Shown here one piece after another: positions 63,294-64,000 of a stretch of DNA of 64,000 bases. This DNA comes from Fimbriosthenelais zetlandica (lineage: Eukaryota). The DNA is taken from positions 48,732,001 through 48,796,000 of the forward strand of contig OZ365110.1 of NCBI GenBank assembly GCA_977030845.1, in the 5' to 3' direction. The position numbers were made by a program, and so were the translations under genes. Positions within the stretch are counted from its first letter, which is position 1. Every line of letters starts with the position of its first letter. The notes under the pieces are model-generated. The model was given only the letters and a program-made list of their open reading frames with translations, did no database searches and had not been told where the DNA came from.

Positions 63294-64000
63294 CTGCAAA
63301 GAGAGAAAAGGAGACATATTTAGAGAGGTGAAATGTAAATTCATAAAGAAAGGAGAATGATTATTATTTAGCGGGAAGGTGATGAACCAAGGCCTAATGA
63401 CATAAATTATATCCACGGGCCATAATCAGTCTGCCCAAAAAAAGCAGCCCAATCAATCAGAGATTTCATAGATGCTATCAATGGTTTCATTATAGGACAG
63501 GTCCGCTCTGGCGCCTTCTCTGTAATTATATTAAGTGTGGCAGGGGTAGGGGTGAGCACTAGGGGGTAGCAGTGTTAAAGACGTCGGTGATCCAACTGCT
63601 ACCGATCCCCAGAGGAGGCAGAGCCTTGACTGAATTAGACAAAAATACCCAATCCCTTCTAAATGTGAGGATCTATTTTTAAACTTAAGGAGGTACTATT
63701 AATGGGACTAGGAAATGACTGGATTGATTTTCTAATACAAAGGCATGGGGGGCATTGGGATGGCAGTCACGAAGGTGGCTTAAAATGAAACAAAATATAT
63801 AAATCTTTAAGACGTATGCTTTCCAATCATCATTGAGATTAATTGAAGGAGCGTTGAAATTATCATCACGAAACAAATAGAAAAGTTTCTATAGAAATAT
63901 GAAGCAGTTAGGTTCTGACATTTATTTTGTGGAAATCACTTGTCATGGGGAGTTAAAGAAAACACACCCTGGATATATAATCAAGCTGGCTTGTCCAATT

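Noticed and set aside
183-63876. Most 60-154 aa ORFs in the supplied six-frame track as genes
   Set aside because: No recognisable domains, overlapping on both strands, located in introns or TE remnants. 24917-25099(+), 37860-38084(+) and 16318-16719(+) are antisense shadows of real exons.
1-64000. CRISPR arrays, rRNA, intact tRNA, intact transposase or RT ORFs, U12-type introns
   Set aside because: None seen: no regularly spaced repeats or cloverleaf, no long ORFs, and all reconstructed donors are ordinary U2-type GT.

Overview
Animal (most likely invertebrate) nuclear DNA; no prokaryotic features or CRISPR arrays. The window is dominated by the 3' part of a TIA1/TIAL1(TIAR)/Rox8-family RNA-binding protein gene on the minus strand. 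I rebuilt eight GT-AG exons by hand (63293-63206, 37971-37896, 25014-24909, 21932-21840, 16925-16841, 16377-16212, 13791-13643, 11462-11342). They join in frame through every junction (884 nt) and encode RRM2, RRM3 and a Q/Y/G-rich prion-like tail. RRM1 and the promoter lie beyond position 64000. The introns (0.46-25.2 kb) are filled with heavily decayed LINE fragments (CR1/L2, RTE and I-like, assigned by eye from motifs), a few MITEs, microsatellites and G/C tracts. The best leads are: (1) stop-containing candidate cassette exons in the last intron, between the two halves of the prion-like domain; (2) a CAG-CAG-CAG tandem acceptor at the start of that domain; (3) four full RFX X-box matches in 64 kb; (4) a strong same-strand bias of LINE remnants relative to the host gene; (5) a possible first coding exon of a downstream gene at the left edge. 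I cannot support a claim of a wholly new biological system. Almost all ORFs in the supplied track are spurious, TE-derived or antisense shadows of real exons.
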